NCBI GenBank assembly: GCA_002726235.1 | Contig: PBSN01000008.1 | Span: 322,635-386,634 of the forward strand | Origin: Nitrospiraceae bacterium | Lineage (GTDB): Bacteria > Nitrospirota > Nitrospiria > Nitrospirales > UBA2166 | DNA: 64,000 bases | Direction: 5' to 3' | In this document: positions 40,020 to 50,360 of the stretch, in pieces | Numbering within the stretch: position 1 is the first letter of the stretch | Layout of the letters: every line of letters begins with the position of its first letter | Made by a program: the position numbers and the translations under genes | Notes under the pieces: model-generated | What the model saw: the letters and a program-made list of their open reading frames with translations, nothing else | Told to the model about the DNA's origin: nothing | Database searches by the model: none

Positions 40020-40918
40020 ATTTTCCCTCTAGCCATCACAAATGTTTTATCGTGTTTTTTGGTCGCAGTAACTTGATCAGGAGGCATAGCTCCATCACAA
40101 ATCGCGTGTGCAACCCGAACAACCTGAACCATCTCCGCAACATCATGCACTCGAACAATGTTTACGCCATGGATAATTGCAATCGCCACTGCCGCAGCGG
40201 TTCCCATGAGTCGCTGCTCGACTGGACGTTGCAGGATTTGTCCTAGAAATGATTTGCGAGATGGCCCGATAACTAGTGGCTGGCCTAAGGTTAGAAATGT
40301 TTTAAGCTGTTGGAGTAATGTCAGGTTATGCGTAAGGGTTTTCCCAAACCCGATGCCAGGGTCAAGCAGGATTTGATCTGCATGAATTCCTGCCGTTTGT
40401 GCTACTCGTAGTTGTGTACGAAGAAATGCATATACTTCATCGAGGAGGGACGTGTACATGGGTTTATTCTGCATATCCCGTGGATTGCCTTGCATATGCA
40501 TCAGGATAATTCCCGCGCCAGTTGAGGCTACAACGGAGGCCATCTCAGAATCTCCTCTGAGAGCTGTGACGTCATTGATTATACTCGCTCCAGCATCAAG
40601 AGCACGTTTCGCAACTGCAGATTTTGACGTATCAATGGATATTGGAATGGATGTGTATTTTGCCACCTGCTCGAGAACGGGAAGCACACGGCGACACTCC
40701 TCATTGAGGGAGGTGGGGGCAACGCCTGGTTTCGTTGATCCTCCGCCAATATCAATAACATCTGCGCCATTCTCTTCTATCTCGATGGCACGGGCAACGG
40801 CACAGTCGGTTGCTAGATACCGACCCCCATCCGAGAACGAGTTAGGGGTGATATTTAGAATACCCATGACTAGTGGACGGTTTTCGAGGCAAAAGTCTTT
40901 GCCTGCTATGCGCATCAC
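40016..40918 (-). CDS. folP: Dihydropteroate synthase
   Basis: MGILNITPNSFSDGG and DIGGGST motifs. 4-nt overlap with glmM. Confidence 0.9.
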   Translation of the reverse strand: MMRIAGKDFCLENRPLVMGILNITPNSFSDGGRYLATDCAVARAIEIEENGADVIDIGGGSTKPGVAPTSLNEECRRVLPVLEQVAKYTSIPISIDTSKSAVAKRALDAGASIINDVTALRGDSEMASVVASTGAGIILMHMQGNPRDMQNKPMYTSLLDEVYAFLRTQLRVAQTAGIHADQILLDPGIGFGKTLTHNLTLLQQLKTFLTLGQPLVIGPSRKSFLGQILQRPVEQRLMGTAAAVAIAIIHGVNIVRVHDVAEMVQVVRVAHAICDGAMPPDQVTATKKHDKTFVMARGKI

Positions 40919-41026
40919 GGCATGGAATCAGATGAAATTAAACGGAGATTATAAAACAATAAAAGCGCTAGGAAGATGTCAAAGCGGTTAGGCACATGCA
41001 GAGATAGGATGAAGATTGCGTCGTGT

Positions 41027-42841
41027 TTAACTCGGTGCCCACCGGGGAATCGATTCTTTGAGAATCTGGTCGATTTCATGACTATCAAGGGATTCCCTTT
41101 CCAGCAAAGCCTGCGCAAGGGCAATAAGGGCGGCCATGTTTTCTTTCAGGGTTCTTCGTGTTCGATCATAACACTGAGTGATCAAGCTCCTGACTTCTTT
41201 ATCGATGATTATGGCAACTTCTTCGCTGTAATCACGGTGTTTCGCGAACTCTCTTCCGAGGAAAATTTCTTCTTCCTTCTTCCCGAAGGTCAGTGGTCCC
41301 AGTGTTTCACTCATTCCCCATTCACACACCATTTTCCGGGCTAATTCTGTCGCACGTTCAATGTCATTTCCGGCACCAGTCGTGATGTCATTGAGGACCA
41401 ATTCTTCTGCCACACGTCCTCCCATAAGAATCGAGAGGTTGTTATACAGGAACTGACGGGAGTGACTGTAGCGATCTTCAAGTGGAAGCTGCATGGTAAG
41501 TCCCAATGCCTGTCCTCGAGGGATAATTGTGACTTTGTGTACTGGGTCTGTTCCGGGAGTAAGTTTTGCCATCAGAGTGTGTCCGGCCTCATGGTATGCA
41601 GTAACACGCTTTTCTTCATCACTGATCACCATACTTCTGCGTTCTGCACCCATCAGAACTTTATCCTTGGCGTAATCAAAATCTTTCAAATCTACTGAGA
41701 CCTTATTTTGCCTTGCTGCAAACAGTGCCGCCTCGTTAATCAGATTCTCAAGATCGGCACCGGAAAATCCTGGTGTTCCACGAGCAACAGTGCTCATTTC
41801 AACATCGGTTGCGACAGGAACGTTCTTCGAATGCACCTTCAAGATCTCAAGGCGACCTTTGACGTCAGGGCGGCTTACGACAACGCGCCGATCAAATCGT
41901 CCTGGGCGAAGAAGCGCGGGGTCAAGTACATCAGGCCTATTTGTTGCTGCAACTAGAATAACGCTATCGGTCGTTCCAAAACCGTCCATTTCAACTAACA
42001 ATTGGTTTAGGGTTTGTTCTCGTTCGTCGTGTCCACCACCAAGGCCGGCACCACGTAGCCGTCCAACAGCGTCAATTTCGTCAATGAAAATAATGCAGGG
42101 AGCATTTTTCTTGCCCTGCTCAAAAAGATCACGGACGCGAGAAGCCCCAACGCCAACAAACATTTCGACAAAATCAGATCCACTAATATTAAAAAATGGC
42201 ACGTCCGCTTCCCCAGCGATGGCTTTTGCAAGAAGGGTCTTGCCAGTGCCGGGAGGTCCCATAATAAGCACCCCCTTCGGAATGCGGCCTCCGAGCTTCT
42301 GAAATTTCTGTGGATCCATTAGAAATTCGACAATTTCCATGACTTCACTCTTGGCTTCCTCCACTCCAGCAACATCAGCAAAGGTAACCTTCTTGCGCTC
42401 CTCACTGAGTTGTCGTGCGCGGCTTTTGCCAAACGAAAGCGCACGGTTTCCGCCAAGTTGCATCTGCCGCATGAGAAAAAACCACAACCCCAAGAAAAGA
42501 ATAAATGGTCCCCAAGTCACGAGGAAAGTGATATACCAAGGGTGATCGTCGTCGGGTCTTACTTCAACACGCACATCATGTTCGCGCAATAATGGAACGA
42601 GGTCTGGATAATCGATCGCGTGCGTCGTGAACTGATTTCCTTCCTTAAATACGCCGACAATCTTGTGGTCAGTAATAGTGACTTCGCGCACTTCACCTTC
42701 TTCGAGTTTTGTGATGAAGTCACTGAAGGGAACTTCCTTCTGAATTGGCTCACGTAGGGGTGCATTGAGCAAATTAAAGAGTAAGATCATGAATAATCCA
42801 ATCACGACCCAAAAGACAAGATTCTTGTTTCGCGAATTCAT
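41027..42841 (-). CDS. ftsH: ATP-dependent zinc metalloprotease FtsH
   Basis: Walker A GPPGTGKT, an SRH region and the HEAGH zinc site. The ATG at 42841 (GGAGA upstream) is preferred over the GTG at 42859. Confidence 0.93.
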   Translation of the reverse strand: MNSRNKNLVFWVVIGLFMILLFNLLNAPLREPIQKEVPFSDFITKLEEGEVREVTITDHKIVGVFKEGNQFTTHAIDYPDLVPLLREHDVRVEVRPDDDHPWYITFLVTWGPFILFLGLWFFLMRQMQLGGNRALSFGKSRARQLSEERKKVTFADVAGVEEAKSEVMEIVEFLMDPQKFQKLGGRIPKGVLIMGPPGTGKTLLAKAIAGEADVPFFNISGSDFVEMFVGVGASRVRDLFEQGKKNAPCIIFIDEIDAVGRLRGAGLGGGHDEREQTLNQLLVEMDGFGTTDSVILVAATNRPDVLDPALLRPGRFDRRVVVSRPDVKGRLEILKVHSKNVPVATDVEMSTVARGTPGFSGADLENLINEAALFAARQNKVSVDLKDFDYAKDKVLMGAERRSMVISDEEKRVTAYHEAGHTLMAKLTPGTDPVHKVTIIPRGQALGLTMQLPLEDRYSHSRQFLYNNLSILMGGRVAEELVLNDITTGAGNDIERATELARKMVCEWGMSETLGPLTFGKKEEEIFLGREFAKHRDYSEEVAIIIDKEVRSLITQCYDRTRRTLKENMAALIALAQALLERESLDSHEIDQILKESIPRWAPS

Positions 42842-43079
42842 TTCTTTCTCCAAGCGCACGCGGCGTTCAGTGTAATTCCCATGGTTTTCAGGATTGCCTA
42901 GTAGTTGGTGGGGACAGGCAAGGCTTTGTATTGGACGACGGAGACTTCATCGCGGATGATAACACACATGAGAATTTTCTGACAATGCTCGATTACCTAA
43001 TTGCAGAGCGTGCAATTCTTCCGACAGGATACTAGACTGTCAATTGAAATCGATGCGGCACTACCGACCTTTTGGGTAG

Positions 43080-44543
43080 CTATTGCATGAGCTGAGCGAT
43101 ACACGCGTGCCTCGTCGTTGAGCGACGTCGAAATCGATCATCTTGCCGATATCCAGAGATCCAGAGAATGCCTTCCGGGGCCACAATAAGTGGGATCTGT
43201 CTTCGCATACGCTTTGGAACCTTTGTATCGACAAAATAGTCTTGGAGCTTTTTCCTCTTCCCTCCCATGCCTGAAGGACAGAATACGTCGCCGTCTTGCC
43301 ATGGCCGAACAGTGAGTGGGAGTCCAAAGGTGTCCTCATCAAAATGTGCGATCATAGGATCGTATGCTGGAAGACCACTGCGTGAAGCTGGGGCATCGTC
43401 CAGGAATGATGACTCTCTCCATGTGCGAATTCGACAGCCAATAGCGTGTAATTTAATCTCGGCGGGAACAGAGAGATGTTGCGCCTCCCAGAGTGGGAGT
43501 TGCAGCCGTTCACTGCTTTTCGTCATAGCAATTACATCGTGACAATGATGGCTCACCGTAATCCCAGCACATTCGTATGCGGCTGATGGCCGGGAAAATG
43601 CTGTAATATACGCAATTGCCGCTTCGATGTGTGCAAACGTGAGGCGGCGGGTATCTCCTTTGATGAAGGCCACGACTCGACGTATACACCGGCGTTGCAA
43701 TGCGCGTGGGAGATCGAGAAAGCGTGATCGCGAGATGTGACAACTCTGACTTTCTTGAGTATCTTGACTTGGGACGAGTATGTCCTTGAATATCTGTCGC
43801 GTCAGCGTGCTCAGGACCTTCTCATCCTCACTGACAATTTCGGCAAGATGTGAGAGCGTTTGGCGTATTCGCGGGTTATAGGTTTGCAACACTGGAATCA
43901 GATCATGACGAACACGGTTGCGTAGATATGCAGGGTCTTCGTTAGTGGAATCGGTTTGGAAAGTGAGATGTTTCGCATCAAGGCACGCAAGGACATCGGT
44001 TCGCGTGAGGGTGATAAGTGGTCTGATAATTCGTTGACACCTCCGTACCGGAATGCCTCCAAGTCCTGTCAAACCGGTACCGCGTAGTGCCCACAGGAGC
44101 ACTGTTTCGGCTTGATCGTCCGCGGTGTGTCCAGTTGCAATCTTGTCTGCACCCCGTTGTTGTGCCACACGTTCAAAAAATCTATAGCGTACTGTTCGCG
44201 CACGTACTTGAAAGGATTCCTGCTCTGGGTTCGCAAGATCATCAGGCGTAGCACGTTTGATGGAAACATCGAGATTCAGGTCTTGCGCGAGTTTTCGTAC
44301 AAATAGCTCGTCCGATTCAGATTCGTGGCCGCGTGTCCCATAATTCAGATGTGCAAGATGTAAGGTCAGGTCCCATTTTTCAATGCAATCATGCAATACG
44401 ACTGCAAGACAGGTAGAATCCGGACCTCCAGATACCCCAATGATGATATGGTCCTTAGGCTGGATCAGGTTATACCGCGCAATCGTCTCGTGAAAACGAG
44501 TAACGAAATATGCTATTGGGTTTCGACGATTGTGCCGTGACAT
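43080..44543 (-). CDS. tilS: tRNA(Ile)-lysidine synthase
   Basis: PP-loop GVSGGPDS, 487 aa, in the conserved tilS-ftsH-folP-glmM order. Confidence 0.88.
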   Translation of the reverse strand: MSRHNRRNPIAYFVTRFHETIARYNLIQPKDHIIIGVSGGPDSTCLAVVLHDCIEKWDLTLHLAHLNYGTRGHESESDELFVRKLAQDLNLDVSIKRATPDDLANPEQESFQVRARTVRYRFFERVAQQRGADKIATGHTADDQAETVLLWALRGTGLTGLGGIPVRRCQRIIRPLITLTRTDVLACLDAKHLTFQTDSTNEDPAYLRNRVRHDLIPVLQTYNPRIRQTLSHLAEIVSEDEKVLSTLTRQIFKDILVPSQDTQESQSCHISRSRFLDLPRALQRRCIRRVVAFIKGDTRRLTFAHIEAAIAYITAFSRPSAAYECAGITVSHHCHDVIAMTKSSERLQLPLWEAQHLSVPAEIKLHAIGCRIRTWRESSFLDDAPASRSGLPAYDPMIAHFDEDTFGLPLTVRPWQDGDVFCPSGMGGKRKKLQDYFVDTKVPKRMRRQIPLIVAPEGILWISGYRQDDRFRRRSTTRHACIAQLMQ

Positions 44544-44548
44544 TATTC

Positions 44549-45496
44549 TTAATAAGCAAGCGTCTCAGACACAGCCAAAGTTTGACGCGCATGACGCACA
44601 TCATTTTCGATTTGCCGTGAGAGGGAGGTCGCATCGGAAAAGACCATATCGCCTCTCACGTATTCGGAGAAACCAAGCGTTATGTGTTTCCCATAAAGAT
44701 TGGACTCCATGTCAAAAATATGAACTTCCAGTAACCGCTCCGTTCCGTGAAAGGTTGGACGAGTTCCGATATAACTCACGGAGTGATGGCAAGTAGCATC
44801 AATTGTCGCGATTGTTGCATACACCCCATTTGGAGGAATCACGCGATCTGCCGGAAGTGGAAGATTTGCCGTGGGATATCCCATTGCTACCCCATTTTGT
44901 TCGCCTTTTTGAACAACTCCAGCGATTGTGTATTGACGTCCCAAAAAACGCCTAGCATCGGATACACGGCCCTCTCTGATGCATTTCCGAATGGTCGATG
45001 AACTCACGATCTCACCACCATTTTGAACGGGAAGAATCGGTGTGACGTGAAAGCCCATTCCAGGTCCCAATCGTATGAGATCTTCGATTGTTCCAGCACG
45101 ATCCTTGCCAAATCTAAAGGTTGTTCCAACACACAACTCGCAAACACCGATGCGGTTGTTCAGGATGTCGTTCACAAAAGTCGCGGGGGAAATTTCTGCG
45201 AGTTGAGAGGTGAACTCAAGGCAAATTGCATGTGTAATACCTGCCTGTTCAAACAAGGAAAGTTTTTCATCCAGTGTCGTAAGAAATTGAACTTCGAGGT
45301 GTGGGGAAATAACTACAAGGGGATGTGGATGAAATGTGAGAACCACGGATTCTCCACCAACACCTTGTGCTTTCGTGACTATTTCTTTGAGGAGTGCCTG
45401 GTGTCCAAGATGCACACCATCGAAATTCCCAATGGTCACAATCGGGCTGTCACCACGGGAAAGCCGTTCAAGGTCTTTGGTTACCTTCATTGACAT
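44549..45496 (-). CDS. ribF: Bifunctional riboflavin kinase / FMN adenylyltransferase
   Basis: TIGNFDGVHLGHQ N-domain and a riboflavin kinase C-domain (GYPTANL). Confidence 0.9.
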   Translation of the reverse strand: MSMKVTKDLERLSRGDSPIVTIGNFDGVHLGHQALLKEIVTKAQGVGGESVVLTFHPHPLVVISPHLEVQFLTTLDEKLSLFEQAGITHAICLEFTSQLAEISPATFVNDILNNRIGVCELCVGTTFRFGKDRAGTIEDLIRLGPGMGFHVTPILPVQNGGEIVSSSTIRKCIREGRVSDARRFLGRQYTIAGVVQKGEQNGVAMGYPTANLPLPADRVIPPNGVYATIATIDATCHHSVSYIGTRPTFHGTERLLEVHIFDMESNLYGKHITLGFSEYVRGDMVFSDATSLSRQIENDVRHARQTLAVSETLAY

Positions 45497-45533
45497 GTCA
45501 GGCGATAAATATGATCGGTGGGTAGTGGTGAGA

Positions 45534-46514
45534 TTATACTACGCGTTGGAGTAGTCTCGCTGCGTCTTTCGCAAAATAGGTAATGATCAGATCAGCACCC
45601 GCCCGCCGAATGGCTAACAAGGATTCCATCATGGCACACTCTTCATCGAGCCACCCCTTCTGGGCTGCAGCCTTGATCATGCTGTATTCGCCGCTGACTT
45701 GATAAGCCGCGACAGGCAAGTGAACAGTCTGTCGTGTCTGGTAGATGATATCTAGGTAGGGTAACGCCGGTTTGACCATTACGATATCCGCACCTTCAGC
45801 AATGTCCGCTTCAATTTCCCGCATGGCCTCTCGACTGTTTGCAGCATCCATTTGATAGGATTGTCGATCACCAAACATTGGACCCGCTTGGGTTGCGTCG
45901 CGAAACGGTGCATAGAACGATGATGCATACTTTGCCGCATATGCCATGATGGGGATGTCGTGAAATCCATCCGTATCCAAGGCCTGCCGAATAGCCTGAA
46001 CTCGTCCGTCCATCATGTCTGATGGCGCCACTATATCGGCTCCGGCTTGAGCATGTACTAGAGCCATTTTCTGTAGCAGGGGGAGAGTTTCGTCGTTGAG
46101 AATCCTTCCTTCTTTGACCACGCCGCAATGTCCATGCGAGGTGTATTCATCAATGCACACATCGGTAATTACGAGAATGTCGGGAACGGCTTTCTTGATC
46201 GCTTTGACAGCGGCTGGAACGATGCCATTCGGATCCCATGCGCCACTTCCCTCCTCGTCTTTTTGATCAGGAACACCGAAAATCAGGATTGCAGGGATCC
46301 CCAACATCGCGATTTCTCTTGCTTCGGTAACAAGCTGATCAAGTGAGATTCGATACTGGCCTATCATCGATGGAATTTCGTGTCGAATATTGTTGCCCTC
46401 TGCCACAAAAATTGGTGCAATAAATTGATGCGGGGCGAGGTGCGTTTCCCTCACTAGCCTCCGAAGCGACCCGGTTTCCCGAAGGCGGCGGAGTCTATCG
46501 CGTGGAAATGACAT
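45534..46514 (-). CDS. hemB: Porphobilinogen synthase
   Basis: 326 aa ALAD family, with active-site Lys context MVKPALPYLD and no Cys-rich zinc motif seen in DVCIDEYTSHGHCG. Confidence 0.9.
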   Translation of the reverse strand: MSFPRDRLRRLRETGSLRRLVRETHLAPHQFIAPIFVAEGNNIRHEIPSMIGQYRISLDQLVTEAREIAMLGIPAILIFGVPDQKDEEGSGAWDPNGIVPAAVKAIKKAVPDILVITDVCIDEYTSHGHCGVVKEGRILNDETLPLLQKMALVHAQAGADIVAPSDMMDGRVQAIRQALDTDGFHDIPIMAYAAKYASSFYAPFRDATQAGPMFGDRQSYQMDAANSREAMREIEADIAEGADIVMVKPALPYLDIIYQTRQTVHLPVAAYQVSGEYSMIKAAAQKGWLDEECAMMESLLAIRRAGADLIITYFAKDAARLLQRVV

Positions 46515-46528
46515 GGATTCGATCCTGG

Positions 46529-48091
46529 CTAGCTCTGGAAATGCTCTACGATGGCGTTGACCAGTGCGGGAATCGTACTTTCTTTTGCGGCAATGGTTGG
46601 TGTCAGCCCAAACTCTTTCACTGTTTCGGAGGTGATCGGGCCTATACTTGCGATAGTTGTTTGTGAAAGAAGTTTGTGTGCCTGACCTCGCCCGCCGAAG
46701 AGATCAACAAAATTCCGGACCGTCGACGAACTCGTGAAAGTGATAACCGAAATCTCATTGCTCCGTAGCATCTCCATCGCCCACGCGACATCACGATTCG
46801 GATGAACAGTGCGATAGACGACTGGAACCGTCACCTCGGCACCCAAGGCCCGCAAGGTATCAGGAAGAACTTCTCGTGCAACCTCGGCGCGTGGGATGAG
46901 GACGCGTTTTCCCTTCAAACCCAATGGGGCTAGCACATCAATAACGCCTTCAGCCTGAAATGTTTCTGGGATGATGTCTGGAATGAGGCCATGTTTCCGG
47001 AGCTCCTGCGCCGTTCGAGGCCCTATGCAACAAATACGAAGGTTGTGAAGCACACGAAGATCCTGGTTTCGATCATATAGATGTCGCATAAAATAGGTAA
47101 TGCCATTAACACTGGTGAACACGGCCCAATCATATCGGTCGATGTTATCGATAGCGCGATCAAGTTCTGTGGTATCGGCAGGGGGAATCATTTCAATCGT
47201 TGGGCACTCAATCGTTTCAGCTCCGTAGTTATAGAGCAGGTCACTGCACTCTTTTGCCTGTGACAATGCGCGAGTCACCATAACTTTTTTCCCAAACAAG
47301 GGACGTCGCTCGTACCAATTCAACTTATCACGTAGCGTAACCACATCTCCGACAACGACGATAGCAGGTGGATCCATCCCAGCGTCGGTACTTGTTTTGA
47401 CGATATCTTGAAGCGTTCCTGTCAGCGTGCGCTGAGTAGCTCGTGTGCCCCATCGGATAAGCGCGACTGGCGTTGTCGGTGGCTTCCCCTCATCGAGCAA
47501 CGAACGAACAATGCTGGGGAGATTGCGTATTCCCATCAGAATAACGAGAGTTCCATTCTTCTGTGCAAATAATTTCCATGTGACATGTGGGACATCTTTT
47601 ACAGGGTCTTCATGTCCTGTGACAATTGCCACTGAAGAAGCGAGAGTGCGATGGGTAATCGGAATACCTGCGTACGCCGGACATGCAAGCGCTGAGCTGA
47701 TTCCTGGTACAACCTCAAAAGGGATCCCAGCGTCAGCAACGAATTCAGCCTCCTCACCTCCCCGACCGAAAATAAAGGGATCGCCCCCCTTCAACCGAAG
47801 TACCGTCTTCCCTTCTTGGGTTCTCGCAACAAGTAGTGCATTGATTTCGGCTTGGTTCAGGTAATGTCCACGACCTCGCCGTCCCACATAGATCAGTTCG
47901 AGGGCTGTTTTTGTGGCATGCCGTAGAAGCGCTGGATTGGCAAGATAATCGTAGATAACGACATCAGCTTCCTCTAGGCATTCCTTGCCCCGCAACGTCA
48001 GCAGTTTTGGATCACCAGGCCCAGCCCCAACGAGATATACCCTACCTGTCCCCTGAGCAATAGGGGGCAGTGCTGGTGTCGAGATGCTAAT
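46529..48091 (-). CDS. cobA/hemD: Fused uroporphyrinogen-III C-methyltransferase / uroporphyrinogen-III synthase; the likely start is a non-canonical ATT
   Basis: The SAM-binding motif VYLVGAGPGDPKLLTL is encoded at 48040-47993, at and upstream of the first canonical in-frame start (TTG 47995). The frame is open only from 48106. AAGGAGG (48107-48101) is followed 9 nt later by ATT at 48091, which overlaps the hemC stop. The C-terminal half is HemD-like. Confidence 0.8.
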   Translation of the reverse strand: MSISTPALPPIAQGTGRVYLVGAGPGDPKLLTLRGKECLEEADVVIYDYLANPALLRHATKTALELIYVGRRGRGHYLNQAEINALLVARTQEGKTVLRLKGGDPFIFGRGGEEAEFVADAGIPFEVVPGISSALACPAYAGIPITHRTLASSVAIVTGHEDPVKDVPHVTWKLFAQKNGTLVILMGIRNLPSIVRSLLDEGKPPTTPVALIRWGTRATQRTLTGTLQDIVKTSTDAGMDPPAIVVVGDVVTLRDKLNWYERRPLFGKKVMVTRALSQAKECSDLLYNYGAETIECPTIEMIPPADTTELDRAIDNIDRYDWAVFTSVNGITYFMRHLYDRNQDLRVLHNLRICCIGPRTAQELRKHGLIPDIIPETFQAEGVIDVLAPLGLKGKRVLIPRAEVAREVLPDTLRALGAEVTVPVVYRTVHPNRDVAWAMEMLRSNEISVITFTSSSTVRNFVDLFGGRGQAHKLLSQTTIASIGPITSETVKEFGLTPTIAAKESTIPALVNAIVEHFQS

Positions 48092-49016
48092 TGTTGTACA
48101 CCTCCTTCAGAATTTGATCTGCGCCTTTACTCAGAAGCTCTTCGGCCAGCGCTATACCAAGTGATTGGGCCTCGTTGACCGATCCCTCTATGTAATTGCG
48201 AATCATGCGTGTTCCATCCAAGCTTGACACAAGACCGTCCAGACGAATGAAAGAGTTGGTGACTACTGCATAGGCTCCAATTGGAACTTGGCAGCCTCCT
48301 TCGAGGCGGTCAACAAACGCTCGTTCAGCGCGAACGGCGTACGCGCTTGGGAGGTGATTTAATCGATAAATATGTTCTCGGACAAGCATATCGTCTTGAC
48401 GACACTCAATGCCTAATACACCCTGTCCCATCGCTGGAAGGCTTTGTTCAACAGGCAGATACGCAGTCACTTGAGATTCAAATCCCAGTCGTTTGACACC
48501 TGCAGCAGCCACAATGACCGCCTCATACTCACCATTCTGAAGCTTGCGTAAACGCGTGTCTAGATTGCCTCTCAAGATGGCAATATTAAAATCAGGTCGA
48601 AGATGAAGAAGTTGCGCCTGACGTCTAAGGCTACTTGTTCCAATGGTCGCTCCAACTGGAAGGTCATCGATCCCAGTGATGGGATATCGAGTACTGATAG
48701 CGTCTCGTGGATCTTCTCGTTCGGTCATTGCAACGATCTCAAGTGCATCTGGCAATACAGTTGGAACATCTTTCATGCTATGTACGGCAAGATCAATGTC
48801 TCCCCGCAGGAGGGCCTCTTCGATCTCCTTGACAAAAAGGCCCTTGCCCCCAATCTTGGCCAACGGCACGTCAAGAATCTTGTCACCCGACGTTTTAATC
48901 TTTTGCAGTGAGACCTTCACATTCGAATCCTGCTCAAGTTTGGCACGCACCCACTCGGCTTGCCAGAGGGCAAGCCGGCTTGCCCGAGTTCCAATTTTTA
49001 ATTCCATCTGTGGCAT
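48087..49016 (-). CDS. hemC: Hydroxymethylbilane synthase
   Basis: 309 aa with LKIGTRASRLALWQA and the dipyrromethane Cys region. Confidence 0.92.
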   Translation of the reverse strand: MPQMELKIGTRASRLALWQAEWVRAKLEQDSNVKVSLQKIKTSGDKILDVPLAKIGGKGLFVKEIEEALLRGDIDLAVHSMKDVPTVLPDALEIVAMTEREDPRDAISTRYPITGIDDLPVGATIGTSSLRRQAQLLHLRPDFNIAILRGNLDTRLRKLQNGEYEAVIVAAAGVKRLGFESQVTAYLPVEQSLPAMGQGVLGIECRQDDMLVREHIYRLNHLPSAYAVRAERAFVDRLEGGCQVPIGAYAVVTNSFIRLDGLVSSLDGTRMIRNYIEGSVNEAQSLGIALAEELLSKGADQILKEVYNN

Positions 49017-49038
49017 AGCAGCTTACACTCTGGTCAGG

Positions 49039-50325
49039 TTACTTGTCAGCACTGTGCTCCTCGTCCAAGGAAAATAGACGCCGTGTCGCATCCACATACA
49101 TGGTACTGTTCGCATTGGCAGCTTCTTCCTTGAGCGTGACTAGGGGACGGTGAAGAAGCTTGTTCACAATAGATGAGGCGAGCCCATCAACAATCTCACG
49201 TTCCGCGTCAGACAAATCGGGAAGTCGTGCCAACACTTTCGCAACCTCAACCTGCCGAATCCCTTCTGCACGTTTTTTGAGTGCGACAATGGTGGGAACA
49301 GTTTCGAGCGTTTTCATCCATCCCATCATCATCGCAACTTCTTCGTGAACAATGGCTTCCGCTGTAAGAGCGGCCTTTTGCCGTTCTTCAATATTCACGG
49401 TGACGATCTGTTGCAGATCATCGATGTTAAAGAGGTAGACGTCGTCAATATTCCGAACGCCATCTTCAACGTCACGCGGGACGGCAATATCGATGATACA
49501 GATTGGTTTGTTCTGACGTTCACGCATAATATCAGTCATGTCCTGCACTGTAATAATGGGATGAGATGACCCAGTTGAACAGATCACAATGTCTGCGCGA
49601 AGCATCTCCTGCCTAAAGGTCTCGAATGCAACGGGTTCCCCTTTAAATTGTTTTGCAAACCCAACGGCCCGTTGAAAATTTCGTGTTGTCACCATCACTC
49701 TCGTGACCCCATGATTCACGAGATGCCGCCCAGCAAGTTCTCCCATTTCGCCTGCGCCAACCAGCATGACCGAATGGTCCGCAAGATTCTGAAAGAACTT
49801 CTTCGCAAGTTCAACTGCGGCGTAGCTTACCGAAACAGCCTGTTCGCCAATTGGAGTGTCCGTACGAACCTTCTTTGCAACTGAAATAGCTTTTTTTAAG
49901 ACTTTGTTTAAGACCACGCCTGTGCAACCTTGAGAAACTGCTGACTCCATTGCGTCTTTAAACTGGCCAAGAATTTGAGGTTCTCCCATAACCATAGAAT
50001 CTAAGCTCGAAGCAACCCGGAATAAATGCCGCACCGCATCATCGTCGGATAAAAAGTACAGATGCTGGGTCAATTGCTCAGGAGCAATCGTCGGGTTCCG
50101 CTGAATGAGAAACTGGCGTAATTCTTTGATGGCGGCATCAACGTCCTTCGTTGCCCCATATAGTTCAACCCGGTTGCAGGTTGAAAGAAGCATAGTTTCT
50201 TCTACCGCTGACAGTGTTTTCAACGATAGCAAGACGTCGCTGAGGTCGCCATTGGATATGGCAAGGCCCTCACGTATCTTGATCGGTGCGGTCTTATGGT
50301 TGAGTCCAGCGGTAACGATATGCAT
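49039..50325 (-). CDS. hemA: Glutamyl-tRNA reductase
   Basis: 428 aa with the LSTCNRVELY catalytic Cys motif and NADPH-binding site GAGEMG. Confidence 0.92.
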   Translation of the reverse strand: MHIVTAGLNHKTAPIKIREGLAISNGDLSDVLLSLKTLSAVEETMLLSTCNRVELYGATKDVDAAIKELRQFLIQRNPTIAPEQLTQHLYFLSDDDAVRHLFRVASSLDSMVMGEPQILGQFKDAMESAVSQGCTGVVLNKVLKKAISVAKKVRTDTPIGEQAVSVSYAAVELAKKFFQNLADHSVMLVGAGEMGELAGRHLVNHGVTRVMVTTRNFQRAVGFAKQFKGEPVAFETFRQEMLRADIVICSTGSSHPIITVQDMTDIMRERQNKPICIIDIAVPRDVEDGVRNIDDVYLFNIDDLQQIVTVNIEERQKAALTAEAIVHEEVAMMMGWMKTLETVPTIVALKKRAEGIRQVEVAKVLARLPDLSDAEREIVDGLASSIVNKLLHRPLVTLKEEAANANSTMYVDATRRLFSLDEEHSADK

Positions 50326-50360
50326 GGTTAGTTGATCCTAGACATCCATGACGTTTTACA

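Noticed and set aside
40452-40991. Long antisense ORFs inside well-supported genes. Examples: 40452..40991 (opposite folP), 41790..42302 (ftsH), 39574..40032 (glmM), 54570..55124 (trpD), 45023..45493 (ribF), 7878..8396 and 6952..7416 (carboxylase genes), 32797..33318 (pyrG), 47445..47864 and 48643..49077 (hem genes).
   Set aside because: Each lies fully opposite a gene with strong family motifs. Their translations are Arg/Ser/Pro-rich low-complexity with no motifs or Shine-Dalgarno. They are typical shadow ORFs.
43015-43043. Minus-strand TTGACA-17-AAGAAT as an ftsH promoter just downstream of tilS.
   Set aside because: Plausible, but the -10 is weak and it would give a ~165-nt leader. Not supported well enough to list as a feature.
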